64,000 bases of DNA from Paraspadella gotoi (taxonomy: Eukaryota; Animalia; Chaetognatha), in the NCBI GenBank assembly GCA_051294375.1, contig CM119265.1, forward strand, positions 28,090,182-28,154,181. Reading direction: 5' to 3'. Positions 24,296-37,375 of the stretch are shown in pieces. The notes beneath the pieces were generated by a model. It did no database searches and was not told where the DNA came from. It saw only the letters and a program-made list of their open reading frames with translations. Each line of letters begins with the position of its first letter. Within the stretch, counting starts at the first letter, position 1. The position numbers and the translations under genes were made by a program.

Positions 24296-24767
24296 TTTTC
24301 TTCCTTCAGACGGTTCATCACCTACTCATCTCGGACACAAGAGACTCGCTGAAGAAGACGACTACACCGATGACGACGACAGTAGAAAAACGAATTTAAA
24401 ATCACAATCCAACGAACAACAACGACGCCCATTTTAGAACAAAGATGTTGAACAGTTCAGTTATAATAAAAAACCACTTTTGTTGAAACTTTGTGTTTGA
24501 AATTTATTAAGCTATTCACGCTATATTTAATAATTAAAATGTAAAATAAACGTGGAAACTTGGACACATACTTGGCAATGATTGTATTAAACAAATTACT
24601 CTTAAATCTAATATTACACATATAACAACGACTACGAGAATAACCGCAATAGCAAAATTCATATCCAGCGAAGAATAAAATGACGAAAAAGAAAAGATGA
24701 AGCAAATCTGGAACAAAAACATCGAAGTTTCAGAAAAAGTAAATAATACTTGAAGCTGGCTCGGTTC

Positions 24768-24839
24768 CGCCTCGTCCGGGAGTCGAACCCGGGACCTCTC
24801 GCACCCGAAGGGAGAATCATACCACTAGACCAACGAGCC
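24768..24839 (-). tRNA. tRNA-Pro(CGG) variant (CTCCC stem); its 3' end lies at a sequence join
   Basis: Clean body CTCGTCCGGGAGTCGAACCCGGGACCTCTCGCACCCGAAGGGAGAATCATACCACTAGACCAACGAGCC on +. Confidence 0.8.
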
Positions 24840-24894
24840 AGAGTTAGAGGAAGAGGCTGAGCTTAGTTTGTCACTCCTGTCCCTTCTCTCTCCT

Positions 24895-24946
<52 letters not shown>

Positions 24947-24950
24947 CCAG

Positions 24951-25205
24951 GACGAGGCAGTCTCCGTCCTTCTTTCGCTTCTTCCTTCAATTCCATCCAC
25001 GAAGAAGATTCTTTTCCAAAATGCGATCTGCGTTTGCATCGGATGCGATCAGAGACGCCGAATGCGAGCGAAGGAGCGAAGGAAGATGCGAGCAAAGACG
25101 GTGGAGAGGCGACGAGGGTGGAAGTCGACGACGACGACAACGACGACGACGACGACGACGAAAAAAGCGAAGAATTGGAAACGCTTCATGTCAGAGAAGA
25201 TAATG
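24951..25205 (+). CDS. Exon 6 of the predicted host gene (cleanest copy): DEQSPSFFRFFLQFIHEEDSFPKCDLRLHRMRSETPNASEG...ETLHVREDN
   Basis: CCCAG acceptor and G|GTAGGT donor. Removing two single-base insertions, judged from other copies, gives 253 nt in phase 0/1. Confidence 0.55.
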
Positions 25206-27923
25206 GTAGGTTAAAGAAAAAAAAANNNNNNNNNNNNNNNNNNNNNNNNNATCGTAGAAGCATATTTAATCGTAAACTATAAATAATAAAAATGAACGGG
25301 AAATAGATAATAATCATTATTTAGCATTTTATAAATTATTTTTGCCATTTAGTGCAAAATATTTATTAAGTGCCGCCGTAGTAACAGTTCTCGTTAAGCC
25401 CTTAAAAATGATATTTACATATATTAGGCGGCGAGCCACTGGTTCTTTTTGTATTCTTCCTCCTCTCATCTCTCTAATTCCGTTCACCCCCTTTCATGCC
25501 TATCTTTCCCCTCTTTACTTTCTTTTTCTTCGCCTCTCTCTATATTGTCTCCCTCGTCTTTTACCTAACCATATACAATCTTCACTCTTCTCTCTCTTCC
25601 TCTGTATATCTCTCTGTCTCTCTCTCTCTCTCTCTTTTTTTCCTCATTTCTCCCGTTGACGCCATTCTCGGCGTCAGATATTTCTTTCTATCTTCCTCGC
25701 CATCAAAACACGAAGATTTCTTTCTCCCATTAATTCACCGCCCAGCGTAAGAGAGGGAAGGGACGGACTGGACCGACCGACGGACGGACGGCACGGACGG
25801 ACGGAACCGACCGACCCGACCGACCGACGGACGAGAACCGAGCGACGGACGGACGGTACCAACGATCGGCCAAATGCTCACCCCATTTTCCTTCCTAATT
25901 CATTTTTTTAAACGCGTCACAATTTTTTAGTCGTTTCTAATGTCATTTTAATGAACTTCTGTCTCTCTTCAATTTTGCCTTTATCTCTTGTCCTCAATAA
26001 TCACTCAGTTGAAGAAACTTTTTGTCAGTTTTCTTCTAAAATTTCTTCTGAAAATTTTAAATTGAGAAATCAAATAGACAAGAAAAAAAAATAGGAAAAT
26101 AAAATTCTCTCTCTTCGAATCTTTCTAGTGATAAAAATCTTATACTAGCGATTGATAACTTTTTTAAAAAGTTGTTTTTATCAGCTTCGAATTTAATCAA
26201 TGAGCGCCACCGACAAGTATTTCTCAAGAAGCAAAAAAAACAATAATAATCTGCTGAATTTCGTTATCTGTTTTTTTTTAACAATGATTCACTACGAAAA
26301 CTGTACTTCGAAATGTATAATTAGTTAGTAAAAAAAAAAAATAATATTTAAGAAACAATACTTTTTTAAAAAATACAGTCATGTTGCAGTTTAAATGCGG
26401 AGGAAAACTCGTCGTTCATCGTACGTGATCGTTCGTCGCTTTCTCTCCGCCGAAAATCCTCGCTCGCTCCGGCTCCGCCGGAGAGAACGCAGCGAGCGAA
26501 ATCGGCGGCCGATGAATTCCATCTCGCCGCGAAAACGTCGCTTTCGCCGGATTTCGATGACGGAGCGATTTCGTCGTCGCTCTCTGCCGGACGAAACTCC
26601 GGCACAAAAGGAAGAAGAGACGAAATCGCGGACGGCGGGTGATGGTGAAGACCCGGAGCAAGGCGGCGGGCGGCGGATGGAGGCGGCGGAGCAGGCGCGG
26701 CGGCAGGCGATGCGGCGGAAAGGAGGCGGCAGGCGGACACGCGCAAGGAGGCGGAAGCGCTCTCTCGCATGTCTTCGCAAAACAACGAACGACAACCACC
26801 AAAATCAGAACAAACAAACAACGAAGCGCCATCTCGAACTAAAGACAAAAACAAAATTTCGTGATTTTTCTTCCTTGATTTTGATTCTAATCCGTTCGGT
26901 TTAGCGTCGGAGGCACGTAAAGGTTGTCTTCGTTTTTTTGTTGTGGTTGCTTCTTGTATCTATTTCTGTTTTTTGAGTTGTTCATTCGTTGTTGTTTTGT
27001 TTATGATTTGTTAAAACGAACTCTCCACAATTTTTTTGAGTTATTAATTTTGTTTATGTTTTTTTTAAAAGTCGTTTTTATTCTTGTAATTACAGAAAAT
27101 TAAAATTATTTTTTCCTTTGGTTTCCTTTCGAAACCAAGAAAGATCTATAATCATCATTTTAATTTTTTTTGCTTAATCGAAAATCTATAAAATTCCAAA
27201 AAAAAAAGCTTTTTCCCACAAGAAAAAAAAATATTCCACTGATTCTACGGAAAAGGCCGACAACTTTTACGATTAATTTTTAATTCGTTCAACAGAAATC
27301 AAAGATGCGAATCCACGAATAAGTAGAAATTCACATATAATTTGTTTCGACTTGTTTTATCTGTTAATTTATAGTCGTTTACTAAGTCGCATCAGTGAGC
27401 CTTTTCAGATGTTTATTGAACTTCTTTCCTTTTCGTCATTAAATCCTATTAAATTCGTTCATATGCTCTCCCCCAATTCTCCTTCTCTCCTCTCTTCTTC
27501 TCTCTCTGCTCTCTCTCTCTCTCTCCCTTCTGCTCTCTCCTCCATCTCCAGATCCACGAATGCATCCAGCGCCAACTCAAAGCCGATCGTTCGACATCTT
27601 AACGATACGAAAGTGAAGTGACGTTGCCACGCCCCCGCCTACGCGCTCAGCGCCGCTATTTTGACGACGGCTTTAATGCACGCGCCGGTCATCGCCGGAA
27701 ATCTAGTCCTTGCGCTTCGCCGCCGTCCGTCAGTGGAGACGGCTAATCGAGGGGGGGGCTTGTTGGCTAGAAAAACCGGACATTATGTGCGGTCTGACAT
27801 TCGGCAGAATATAAAAAACCGATTTTTGAAATGTTACATTGTGACATTCGTCTTTATGTGAAATTATGAGTACAAATCGATATATATATTGTTTAGCTTT
27901 AAAACAAAAATACAAAGATTTGA

Positions 27924-27999
27924 GGGCTCGTCCGGGATATCGAACTCGGGGCCTCTCGCACCCGAAGTCGAGAATCTCACTCTAGAAACCAACGAAGCC
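27924..27999 (-). tRNA. tRNA-Pro(CGG), exact duplicate of 21268-21343
   Basis: Lies within the +6656 duplicated block. Confidence 0.5.
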
Positions 28000-28588
28000 A
28001 TCTGACGTGGATTCAAATGAAATTTATGCAACAAACTATTAGACAGTAAATCGTCATGTTAATATAAAAATAATCTTTATTTGTTTGAAGTTTGCGACTG
28101 GTGTATGCCGTTGATTTCAGGCGCTTACTACTTACAGTATAATATTAAGTATAGGGATATATAAAGGATCGGTCTTTATTCAGTACAATAAGTAACATTC
28201 TTTTAAAACTTGACAACTATACCCAATTTATTGATTAGGGAAGCCAGCTGGGTACTTCTGAGAGTGAATAAACGAGATTGTTGAGAGAGTCTATGTATTG
28301 AAAGCTTGCAGGGACTGTAAGAGCTAATAGGCGGCCTTAAACACCAAAGGAGATTTCCAAAGTCAGGCGGCAAAGATTAGCTTGTTTATTTAAATGATAA
28401 AATGAAGTAATTTATACATTATGTGTACAATTCATAAGTAACTGCGTTGAAAATCTATTCAATCAAGATTCTCTTCACATGTTTTAGTGAGTTAAACTCC
28501 AGATCCAACTTGTGGAGATGAAGTTGCATAGTATTGTTAAGTGAAATTTAAACCATATTGTCGCATTGAATGGTTAAAAAAAAGTATT

Positions 28589-28663
28589 GGGCTCGTCCGG
28601 CAGTCAACCCGGGACCTCTCGCACCCAAAGCGCGAGAAATCATACGCTAGAACCAAACGAGCC
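28589..28663 (-). tRNA. tRNA-Pro(TGG), exact duplicate of 21933-22007
   Basis: Lies within the +6656 duplicated block. Confidence 0.5.
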
Positions 28664-28740
28664 GTACTTACAATAAGCTTCATACATTCATAATTATAAT
28701 TTTTTATTCTCGCATTATTGCTTTTCTGAGCCTTTTTTTT

Positions 28741-28776
<36 letters not shown>

Positions 28777-30877
28777 AGGCAGCGACGTACATAATCTGTC
28801 TGTGCAGCAAAGAGGCCGATCTATATTCGATTCGACACGAACGTACTTAGAGCCGTTGATTTTACTTTTTCTTGAGCACAAACCAAGCTAGACATCAGGT
28901 ATTTGGGAGGAAGAAAATGGCATCATGGCATTTGGCATGAGGATAAAAACCTGGTGTCACCTCAATTTTGCGATGTCAGCAGAATGGGCATCACTGCCTT
29001 CACAAGTCAGTAGAAAAAGCATCATCAGCATTCACAAGTTGAAAAAGGCGGCATGCTGCGATTTTCAGAAGAGATAAAAGGCGCCATTCGCGCGGATCCT
29101 GGTGAAGAAGACCGATACTTCATCTAAATTGCTTGTGAGAAGATAATAAAAGAGACATCTATGGATAAATCGCCTGTGGATCTTGCTTGATTAAATTCTC
29201 GCTGATAATAATCTCGTGATAGATCTTCAACCGATTCTTTAGAATTCGGAAAACAGATTGAGGACGAACAGAAGAAGAGGAAGAGGAGAGAAGAGTAGGA
29301 AGAAGACGATGGCGACATTTGCGCGCGGTCGAGGGCGGAATCTTGCGGGCGCAGAAGGTAGAAGGGGAGAAGAGAAGCTAGACGTGTAGGGAGGAGAAGG
29401 GCAGGAAGGAGGAGAAGGCGAGAAGGATAAGGAGCGAGAAACGGTAAATAGCGAAGGAGCTGGAAGAGGAAGCCTGACGAAACAGGGAATGTGTGGATAA
29501 TAGAATACCCGCGGAAAGATGGAGAAATGGTTTGGACGATTGAAATTTGACACGAATGCGAAGTGAGCAGACAATTCGAATCAAGGGATACGAACGTATA
29601 TAGAAAAAACAAATCTAAATCAGTGAAAAAACGAATAAATAAAGAAACCATAAATGTAAAATGCTCTCATAGATTAATATAAAAGAACAAAAACTACGAC
29701 GTGTTCGCAAATAAAAGAGGTGCGGATCGATGACATTGAAGACGATAAAATCATCGAAGAAAATCGGAGGAAAAGACAAAGGGCGGGGTAAATCTCGATG
29801 AGAAGGAAAGCAGGAGAAATCCGTTCGCATATACGAACAAAGATTGGAGAATTTTGGGTGCAAGAAAGCGAGAAAGTGAGGAAAAATCGACGGGCGACGA
29901 ACGTGTCGGAACGAAAAAAACTAAACACAGTGCGCGTTAATTCAATCAATCAATCAATCAATCATCAAAACAATCAATTCAATAAATCAATCATGCACAT
30001 CAACCAATTCAATTAATTATTAATTGAATTAATCAATCAATCAATTCAATTACATCCACCACATGATTAATAATTAAATTAGATCTTCAATCATCCATAA
30101 TCATGAGAGATCAGATACAATTCAATCAAATCAATTGAATGATAATCGCTTTAATCGATCAATCAAATACAAGTCATATCACCTTTTTTCAGCGTTCTCG
30201 CAAAGACCAGCGCCTCGCCATCCATCCGAGCGAACGACGCAGGAAGCAAAATCGAGTCGAACAGCCCAACAGTATTTTCGCGGAACATTTACGTACACAT
30301 TCCAGTGAGGGACGAGGACAGAGAGAGAGAAGAGAGAGAGCAGGAGAAGAAGGGATAGAAGCATAGCAATGAAGAGGAAATGAAAGGAAAATCATTGCCC
30401 ATTTTCTCTGCTCATCACTCGACCAGAAAAATCATCCGTCGTGGCTAATATCCTTGAAATCGGCTTCTCAGTCACGATGAGACGAAATTCCCTCACTGAA
30501 GTTCACGCCTCCGCACCACGGGCGCGTTTTGGTCCGCCGAGACAGGTTGGCCGGAACAGCGTGCCGGAACATGGTGCACGACGACATCTCGCGCGTATCC
30601 AATCGTCGATGTTGAGAGAGTTTCTTCATTCGAGATTTTGAACTTCGCCTTTTGAGACAGAAGAAAGAAGAGAAGAAGAGGGGAGAGAGGCGAAGGGAAG
30701 TTCAGACCGAGGCTGGAAGTAGTAAGTAGATTGTTATGGCAGTGTGCAGGGTCGGATTTGGCTTTATATATAACGCGGGTTGGCTTGAGTGTGTTTGGGC
30801 GTAACAAATAGAATTTGTTTGTACTTGCACTTGTACGTTTACTTATTTACTTGATGGTTAAAAAATAAATATCTTAA

Positions 30878-30948
30878 GGGCTCGTCCGGAAGTTTGAACC
30901 CGCGACCTATCGCCACCTACACGAGAATCATCCCTAGACCAACGAAGC
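30878..30948 (-). tRNA. tRNA-Pro(AGG), very noisy copy
   Basis: Positional homolog with GGGCTCGTCCGG...TAGACCAACG. Confidence 0.5.
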
Positions 30949-31411
30949 TTTTCTTCCTTCAGACGGTTCATCACCTACTCTCCGACACAAGAGACTCGCT
31001 AGAAGAAGACGACTACACGATGACGACGACAGAAAAACGAATTTATGAAACACAATCAACAACAACAACGACGCCCATTTTATAGGAACATAGAGTTGAA
31101 GTTTCAGTCTATAATAAAAAACCACTTTTGTATTGAAACTTTGTGGTTTGAAATTTATTTAAGCTTGTACGTATATTTATAATAAATGCTAAAATAAACG
31201 TGGAAACATGGCACATACTGTGCAACCTGTTGTCACTTACAAATTACTCTTAAATCTCAATATTAACGATAAACCAATCGCGTACGAGAATAACGAAACG
31301 TCCAAAAATTTCCATATCAGCGAAGATAAAAGACGAAAAAGAAAAGAGAAGATAATCTTGGAAAAAAACATCGAAGATATTCAGAAAAAGTAAAGTGATA
31401 ATCTTAGAACT

Positions 31412-31486
31412 GGCCTCGTCGCGGTAAGTCGAACCGGACCTCTCGCACCCGAAGGCGAGATCATAACCACTAGACCATAACGAGCC
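31412..31486 (-). tRNA. tRNA-Pro(CGG) position-4 copy, very noisy
   Basis: CTCGCACCCGAAGG...CCACTAGACC...CGAGCC; positional homolog. Confidence 0.55.
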
Positions 31487-32854
31487 AGAGCTAGCGAAGA
31501 GGCTGAACCTTATTTTCACTATCCCTTCTCCTCTCTCTCCTCTCTCCTCTTCTCCTCTACTCTCCTCTCTCCTCTCTCCACTCCCAGGACGCAGCAGTCT
31601 CCCTTCCTTCTATTCGCTTCTTCCTTCATCCAATCCACGAAGAAGAATTCTTTTCCAAAATGCGTATCTGCGTTTGCACATCGGTAATGCGATCAGAGAC
31701 TCCTAATGCGAAGCAAAGGAGCGAGGAGGAAGAATGCGAGCAAAGACGCGTTGCGAGAGGCGACCGCAGGCGTGGGATGAAGCGACAGTCGAACAACGAC
31801 GACGACACAACAACAACGACCGACGACGACAAAAAACCGAAAATTGGAAATGCTTACATGTAAGAGAAGATAATGTAGTGTTAAGAAAAAGAAAAGAAAG
31901 AAAGAAAGAGACAAGAAAGAAAGAAAGAAGTAAGAAAGAAGATCGAAACGAAAGAAAGGAGAATACATTCGAAATACGAAAACTAGAAATGAAAGAAAGA
32001 AACAAGGTAATGATGTAAGAAAAGAAAAGAAGAAAAAATAAAGACACAATCAAAATTATTATAACTACAATCCCTAGCACGCATCGCGAGCAAAAACTAC
32101 AGCCTATTAACATAAAAATAACTAAATGAATTAATTAATTAATTTAATTAAATCTAATTAATTAATTAATTATTTAATTAAAAATTAATTAATTAATTAA
32201 ATAATTAATTAAATAATCTTTTAACTTATTTAATAAAATCATTTATTATTTAAAAATATCCTCCAATTTTCCCGTCAGATCCATCCATCCATCCATCCGT
32301 CCNNNNNNNNNNGGGTGAAGGCATTGGTTTAACATTTTGTTAATTTTGTAATTTGGGTTAGATATGAAAAGTAAAATTGGATTTAGCCTTTTTGAAAAAA
32401 CTAGTGTCAAAATTACTTTCTTAAGCTAATCTCTTCATCGAAAAATAGTAGAGCGAATGGCGTTATTGCTAATCTCTTCATTTGCGTCCTTGACCTCTTT
32501 CAGTCTTTGGTTCTCGATTGTCAATAAATCAAAAAGATTTTCCCGTTTTAGACGGCGTCGTTGTCGTTGTCGTTGTTGTTGTCGTTGTTGTTGTCATGGG
32601 CAACGACTCGTGACCCGTCATAAAATGGCGCCGGGAATTGTCAACCTTATCGGGATCGTGGGTCTTTCTCTATCTCTCTCTCTCTCTCTCTCTCTCNNNN
32701 NNNNNNNNNNNNNNNNNNNNNNNNNNNNNNNNNNNNNNNNNNNNNNNNNNNNNNNNNNNNNNNNNNNNNNNNNNNNNNNNNNNNNNNNNNNNNNNNNNNN
32801 NNNNNNNNNNNNNNNNNNNNNNNNNNNNNNNNNNNNNNNNNNNNNNNNNNNNNN

Positions 32855-32891
<37 letters not shown>

Positions 32892-33147
32892 ACTTTCCAA
32901 CCCCTAAGCATTTTTCAATACTTTCCCTCGTTTTCTCAAAGTTTTCCGGTCACGTGACTTCGCCAACGGATTTTGTTTTTTTGTTTATGTCATCAGCANN
33001 NNNNNNNNNNNNNNNNNNNNNNNNNNNNNNNNNNNNNNNNNNNNNNNNNNNNNNNNNNNNNNNNNNNNNNNCGTCGTCGTCGTTATCTGCATCTACGTCG
33101 TTTTCATCGTTATTTTTAAAGTCATAATCGATATTAGCATTAGACTA

Positions 33148-33185
<38 letters not shown>

Positions 33186-33649
33186 ATGAATAGAGAGAGA
33201 ATAGAAGTGTTTAACTATCTCTTCTCTTTTCGCACGAACTGGGTTTCTTGTTTTTCTTTCAACGGAAATCAAGATTTTTCTTTCTTCTCGACAAATTTGT
33301 AAATATGTTGTCGTCGTCGTCGTCGTCGTCGTCGTCGTCCTAATCTTTTTCTTCAAGATCAACATCATGTACATACATTGATTTTTCCCGTCTACATCCT
33401 TTATATATATATAAATATATCATAAACAGGACAATTTCATTTTTTCATCGGTTTTGTTGATATTAAAGGTCATAGTTTAGGTTATACTTATTACTTATTA
33501 CTATACTTTCTTTTGTCCCTTGAGTCAAAGAAACATGATTTTACTTAACGATACAAAATATGTATTTTGGTATAAAATTAATTCGTTTGAAGCGAAAGTT
33601 TGTTTTACTCGCGTAAATATTATCATCAATATTTTCATTACATCATCAC

Positions 33650-33682
<33 letters not shown>

Positions 33683-33829
33683 TATCATCATCAGCATCAT
33701 CACCGTCGTCATCGTCGTCATCAGNNNNNNNNNNATCAGCATCGTCGTCATCGTCGTCATCGTCGTCATCCCACTAGCTCCGTCCGCAAACCTGTGCTGA
33801 GGCGTGGAAACTTGAAAGGCACGGAAAAC

Positions 33830-33863
<34 letters not shown>

Positions 33864-34110
33864 NNNNNNNNNNNNNNNNNNNNNNNNNNNNNNNNNNNNN
33901 NNNNNNNNNNNNNNNNNNNNNNNNNNNNNNNNNNNNNNNNNNNNNNNNNNNNNNNNNNNNNNNNNNNNNNNNNNNNNNNNNNNNNNNNNNNNNNNNNNNN
34001 NNNNNNNNNNNNNNNNNNNNNNNNNNNNNNNNNNNNNNNNNNNNNNNNNNNNNNNNNNNNNNNNNNNNNNNNNNNNNNNNNNNNNNNNNNNNNNNNNNNN
34101 NNNNNNNNNN

Positions 34111-34147
<37 letters not shown>

Positions 34148-35689
34148 CGTTGGCTGCAAAAGAGCAAGTAACTCGCGAAAGATTAAATAGATTAAGCGAG
34201 ATGGTGAATTTAAATTTTAAAACTCGCTATACTTAGGTTTACCTATTATGACAAATAATCTACAAATAAGAAAAAACAAGAAGACTAAGATAAAGTAATG
34301 CTGTTGAAAGACAACGTGATGATGTAGTTAGATAAAGAGAGTCGACGTGAAAAAATAACGAAAATCGGGGAAGAATCGATGACGGGGCGNNNNNNNNNNN
34401 NNNNNNNNNNNNNNNNNNNNNNNNNNNNNNNNNNNNNNNNNNNNNNNNNNNNNNNNNNNNNNNNNNNNNNNNNNNNNNNNNNNNNNNNNNNNNNNNNNNN
34501 NNNNNNNNNNNNNNNNNNNNNAGAGGGGGAGAAATGATGTTGAGAGAAAAATGGAGGCTGCTGAAGAGTAAATGATGGCGAAAGAGCGCCCACGGGAGAA
34601 ATGATGGGGAGAAATAGCGATGATGAGAACAGACGCTTTCTGTCGGAGGAAAAAAAAGGGAGGAAAGAAAATGAGGAAAAAGGAGAAAAAAGGAAATATA
34701 CGAGGAATGAGGGAGGAAATGAGGAATGAGGAGATGAGAAGAGTAACGGGTTAAACAAGGAGGAAAGAGGAGAAAGGAGAAAGGAGAAAAGAGAAGGGGG
34801 AGAAAGAAAGGAGAAAGGAGAAGAAAGAAAGGGGAGGAAAGAAGTAAGAAAGAGTAAGGTAGAAGAGATGAGTTTGAGAGGGGAATATAGAAATGAAAAT
34901 GGAGAAGGGACGAGGGAGATAGGAGAAGAAAAAAATAGGAAGAGAAAAGAGAAAAGAGAAAAAANNNNNNNNNNNNNNNNNNNNNNNNNNNNNNNNNNNN
35001 NNNNNNNNNNNNNNNNNNNNNNNNNNNNNNNNNNNNNNNNNNNNNNNNNNNNNNNNNNNNNNNNNNNNNNNNNNNNNNNNNNNNNNNNNNNNNNNNNNNN
35101 NNNNNNNNNNNNNNNNNNNNNNNNNNNNNNNNNNNNNNNNNNNNNNNNNNNNNNNNNNNNNNNNNNNNNNNNNNNNNNNNNNNNNNNNNNNNNNNNNNNN
35201 NNNNNNNNNNNNNNNNNNNNNNNNNNNNNNNNNNNNNNNNNNNNNNNNNNNNNNNNNNNNNNNNNNNNNNNNNNNNNNNNNNNNNNNNNNNNNNNNNNNN
35301 NNNNNNNNNNNNNNNNNNNNNNNNNNNNNNNNNNNNNNNNNNNNNNNNNNNNNNNNNNNNNNNNNNNNNNNNNNNNNNNNNNNNNNNNNNNNNNNNNNNN
35401 NNNNNNNNNNNNNNNNNNNNNNNNNNNNNNNNNNNNNNNNNTGGAAGATGAGAAAAGTGAAAAAAGTTGGAATTATGTATAATGTATGTCGTATAAGTTT
35501 ATTAGTGGAGTCGACACAGCCCGACATCCTCCAGCGACGCCGCCCCGATGCCGCCCGACGCCATCCGACGCCAACCGACGCCNNNNNNNNNNNNNNNNNN
35601 NNNNNNNTTGGTTACGATTACGCATGTATATTGCTCATAAGGTATTCCAAAAGTAAAAACCATTCTCCCCCCTCATCCCGGATCCGACA

Positions 35690-37130
35690 CGGTCAGAAGG
35701 GGCTGCAAACGATGCCCAATCCCTTGTCTTTTGGTTGACACAAAAAGAACATTTCTCTCTGAGTACAATTATTACAAAGTCATCAATACAGATACTAAAT
35801 ATAGAAATTTGGGAAACAAGATCCTTTGTCTCAAGTTCAAGTCGGCTCAGACCCTTGATCATTTCTCCACGATGATATTATCCGTGTTGGTGACGCCTCA
35901 ACAATTCTGGCCATATCTCCAAGATGCAAAACACCAGATGATTTTGCCTTCCAAATCTCACGTAGTGCTTTGCTCATTAGGCATGAGCATGAACACAAGT
36001 CATGCCGGAGTTGAACATGTTCATTGTACTTTAAGACAAACGTTTGGATTCTAAAAGTCGCCAAATGGTAAAAAAGGAAATGGGTAAATGTCCTTATATC
36101 TTACCGATCTTCGATGCCAAACCCTGCTCACAAAAGATGGCTCCTCTCCTGCATTCCGTGTTCAAGAAGGTATCGTTCCGTTTCAAGAAACTCGTGTCGA
36201 TTTTATGGACCTTTTGAGCTAAAAAGGCAGCCCGGTGGCATTCAACACAAGATGGATTTGTTTATTTACTTTGTTTGAAAAATGGCGTGCTGTGCATTTA
36301 GAGGTGCGACTGATTTATCTGCCACCTGCCTTTATAAGACTGTTTGTTTCGCTTTATTTCCCGCCGACCTGGCGTCGAGAAAATATTTCAGATTGTGGCA
36401 CGAATTTTACCGGCTGTCAAAGAGCTTGGTAAAAGTCCTCAAAGAGTGGAACGACGACATCAACTCTCCATCTGCGCAATCAAAGGTATCCAATGGTCCT
36501 TTCAATCGCCCTGGCAGCCGTCGCATTGGCCGGCAGCGGTCTCCCTTGAGGCGTCTCGTCCGCTCAACCAAAGACATCCCTCACTCGAACGGCTGCAACG
36601 GAACTCCCGCGCTACTATCACCGGACAATGTCCCTCAGCACGCTCGCTGTGTCGATGGAAGCCGATCCCGACATCAGCCCCTCTCATGTTCTCCGACGAT
36701 CCCTCGCGATTGCTCCACACCCTCTAGCCCTTGCGCGGATCTGTGCTCTGGCTCCCCCTCCCTTGCAATCCAGCATCCATGGTCCCTCCCAGCAACGGCG
36801 GAGAGTGCTGCTGCTCTAGGCACGTACATGGCTCCTTTCTCGCAACTCGCGCGACACATTTCTGGCGCCGCGTGGGTGCGTGAATATTTATCTATTCTCC
36901 AAGAAAGGCAACAGTGGAAATTCTCCTTCCGGACGACAATCTCTCGTGTGGCTGATCTTGTTCTCGTCGTCGACGATCTGCCGTCATCCGCGGTGACTGG
37001 CCTCTCCGCGATTTATCTCAAACGTTTTATCCCGGATCTGGACGCCGCGTCCGACGCGTAAAGGTCCGCACCGGCCATCAATAGAGGACGACCGGTGGAT
37101 TGTCGTAAAATTGTTCTCTCGAAGCCGACG
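35690..37130 (+). mobile_element. Degenerate BEL/Pao LTR retrotransposon, 3' part of pol (integrase zinc finger, core, C-terminal DUF5641-like region)
   Basis: Frameshifted but recognisable motifs in order: ILPSKSH, HAGVEHVHCTLRQTF(W), PCSQKMAPL, GPF, RWICLFT, RAVHLEV, RFISRR, SDCGTNFTG, RLVRSTK, W-REYLSILQERQQWK, DLVLVVDD, DWPL. Confidence 0.85.
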
Positions 37131-37345
37131 ATTCTATCGCCCACAGTTAAGTCTTCTGCATCTTAATTTGTTTCAAACCTTAAGTTTAAGGTTTGGTATC
37201 TCTTATTGTTTTTCTGTGTATATGTTCAAGTTATATGAAATTGGTACAACCAATTACGTGGTTACCCGCTAATTTTGCTATATCTATTCTCATTCTCGTA
37301 AAAAATTGTTTTTGTTTTATTTAAATTTGAAAGTTTTAAAATTTT

Positions 37346-37375
37346 AGAGGCGGGAAAAATGTAGAATAGTTGTTT
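37346..37375 (+). other. Candidate polypurine tract and TG start of the BEL/Pao 3' LTR
   Basis: AGAGGCGGGAAAAA followed by TGTAGAATAG at 37360, about 230 bp after the pol remnant. The LTR end could not be determined. Confidence 0.45.

Larger units (their letters stand above)
19725..25205 (+). pseudogene. Copy C of the host gene, heavily frameshifted (probably uncorrected read sequence rather than a true pseudogene)
   Basis: All exon landmarks are present in order, with dense 1-bp insertions. Confidence 0.5.
26381..32100 (+). pseudogene. Copy D of the host gene, heavily frameshifted (probable read noise)
   Basis: Identical to copy C up to ~30051, then an independent noisy version. Confidence 0.5.
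3655..32270 (+). repeat. 4-5 noisy, partly overlapping copies of a ~6.2-6.7 kb unit (host gene plus four tRNA-Pro genes); real tandem amplification or assembly redundancy
   Basis: The same landmarks recur in the same order: copy A ~3655-9660, partial 9660-10336, copy B 10347-18430 (interrupted), copy C 18595-25225, copy D 25251-32270. Copies differ mainly by 1-bp indels and most are bounded by N gaps. Confidence 0.9.

Noticed and set aside
6301-31486. tRNA-derived SINE family
   Set aside because: Each tRNA position has unique flanks, with no shared body or tail downstream. The clean copies are complete 72-nt tRNAs with T-run terminators.
32457-35527. Long ORF-track entries containing X runs
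   Set aside because: They are open only because of N gaps and microsatellites.
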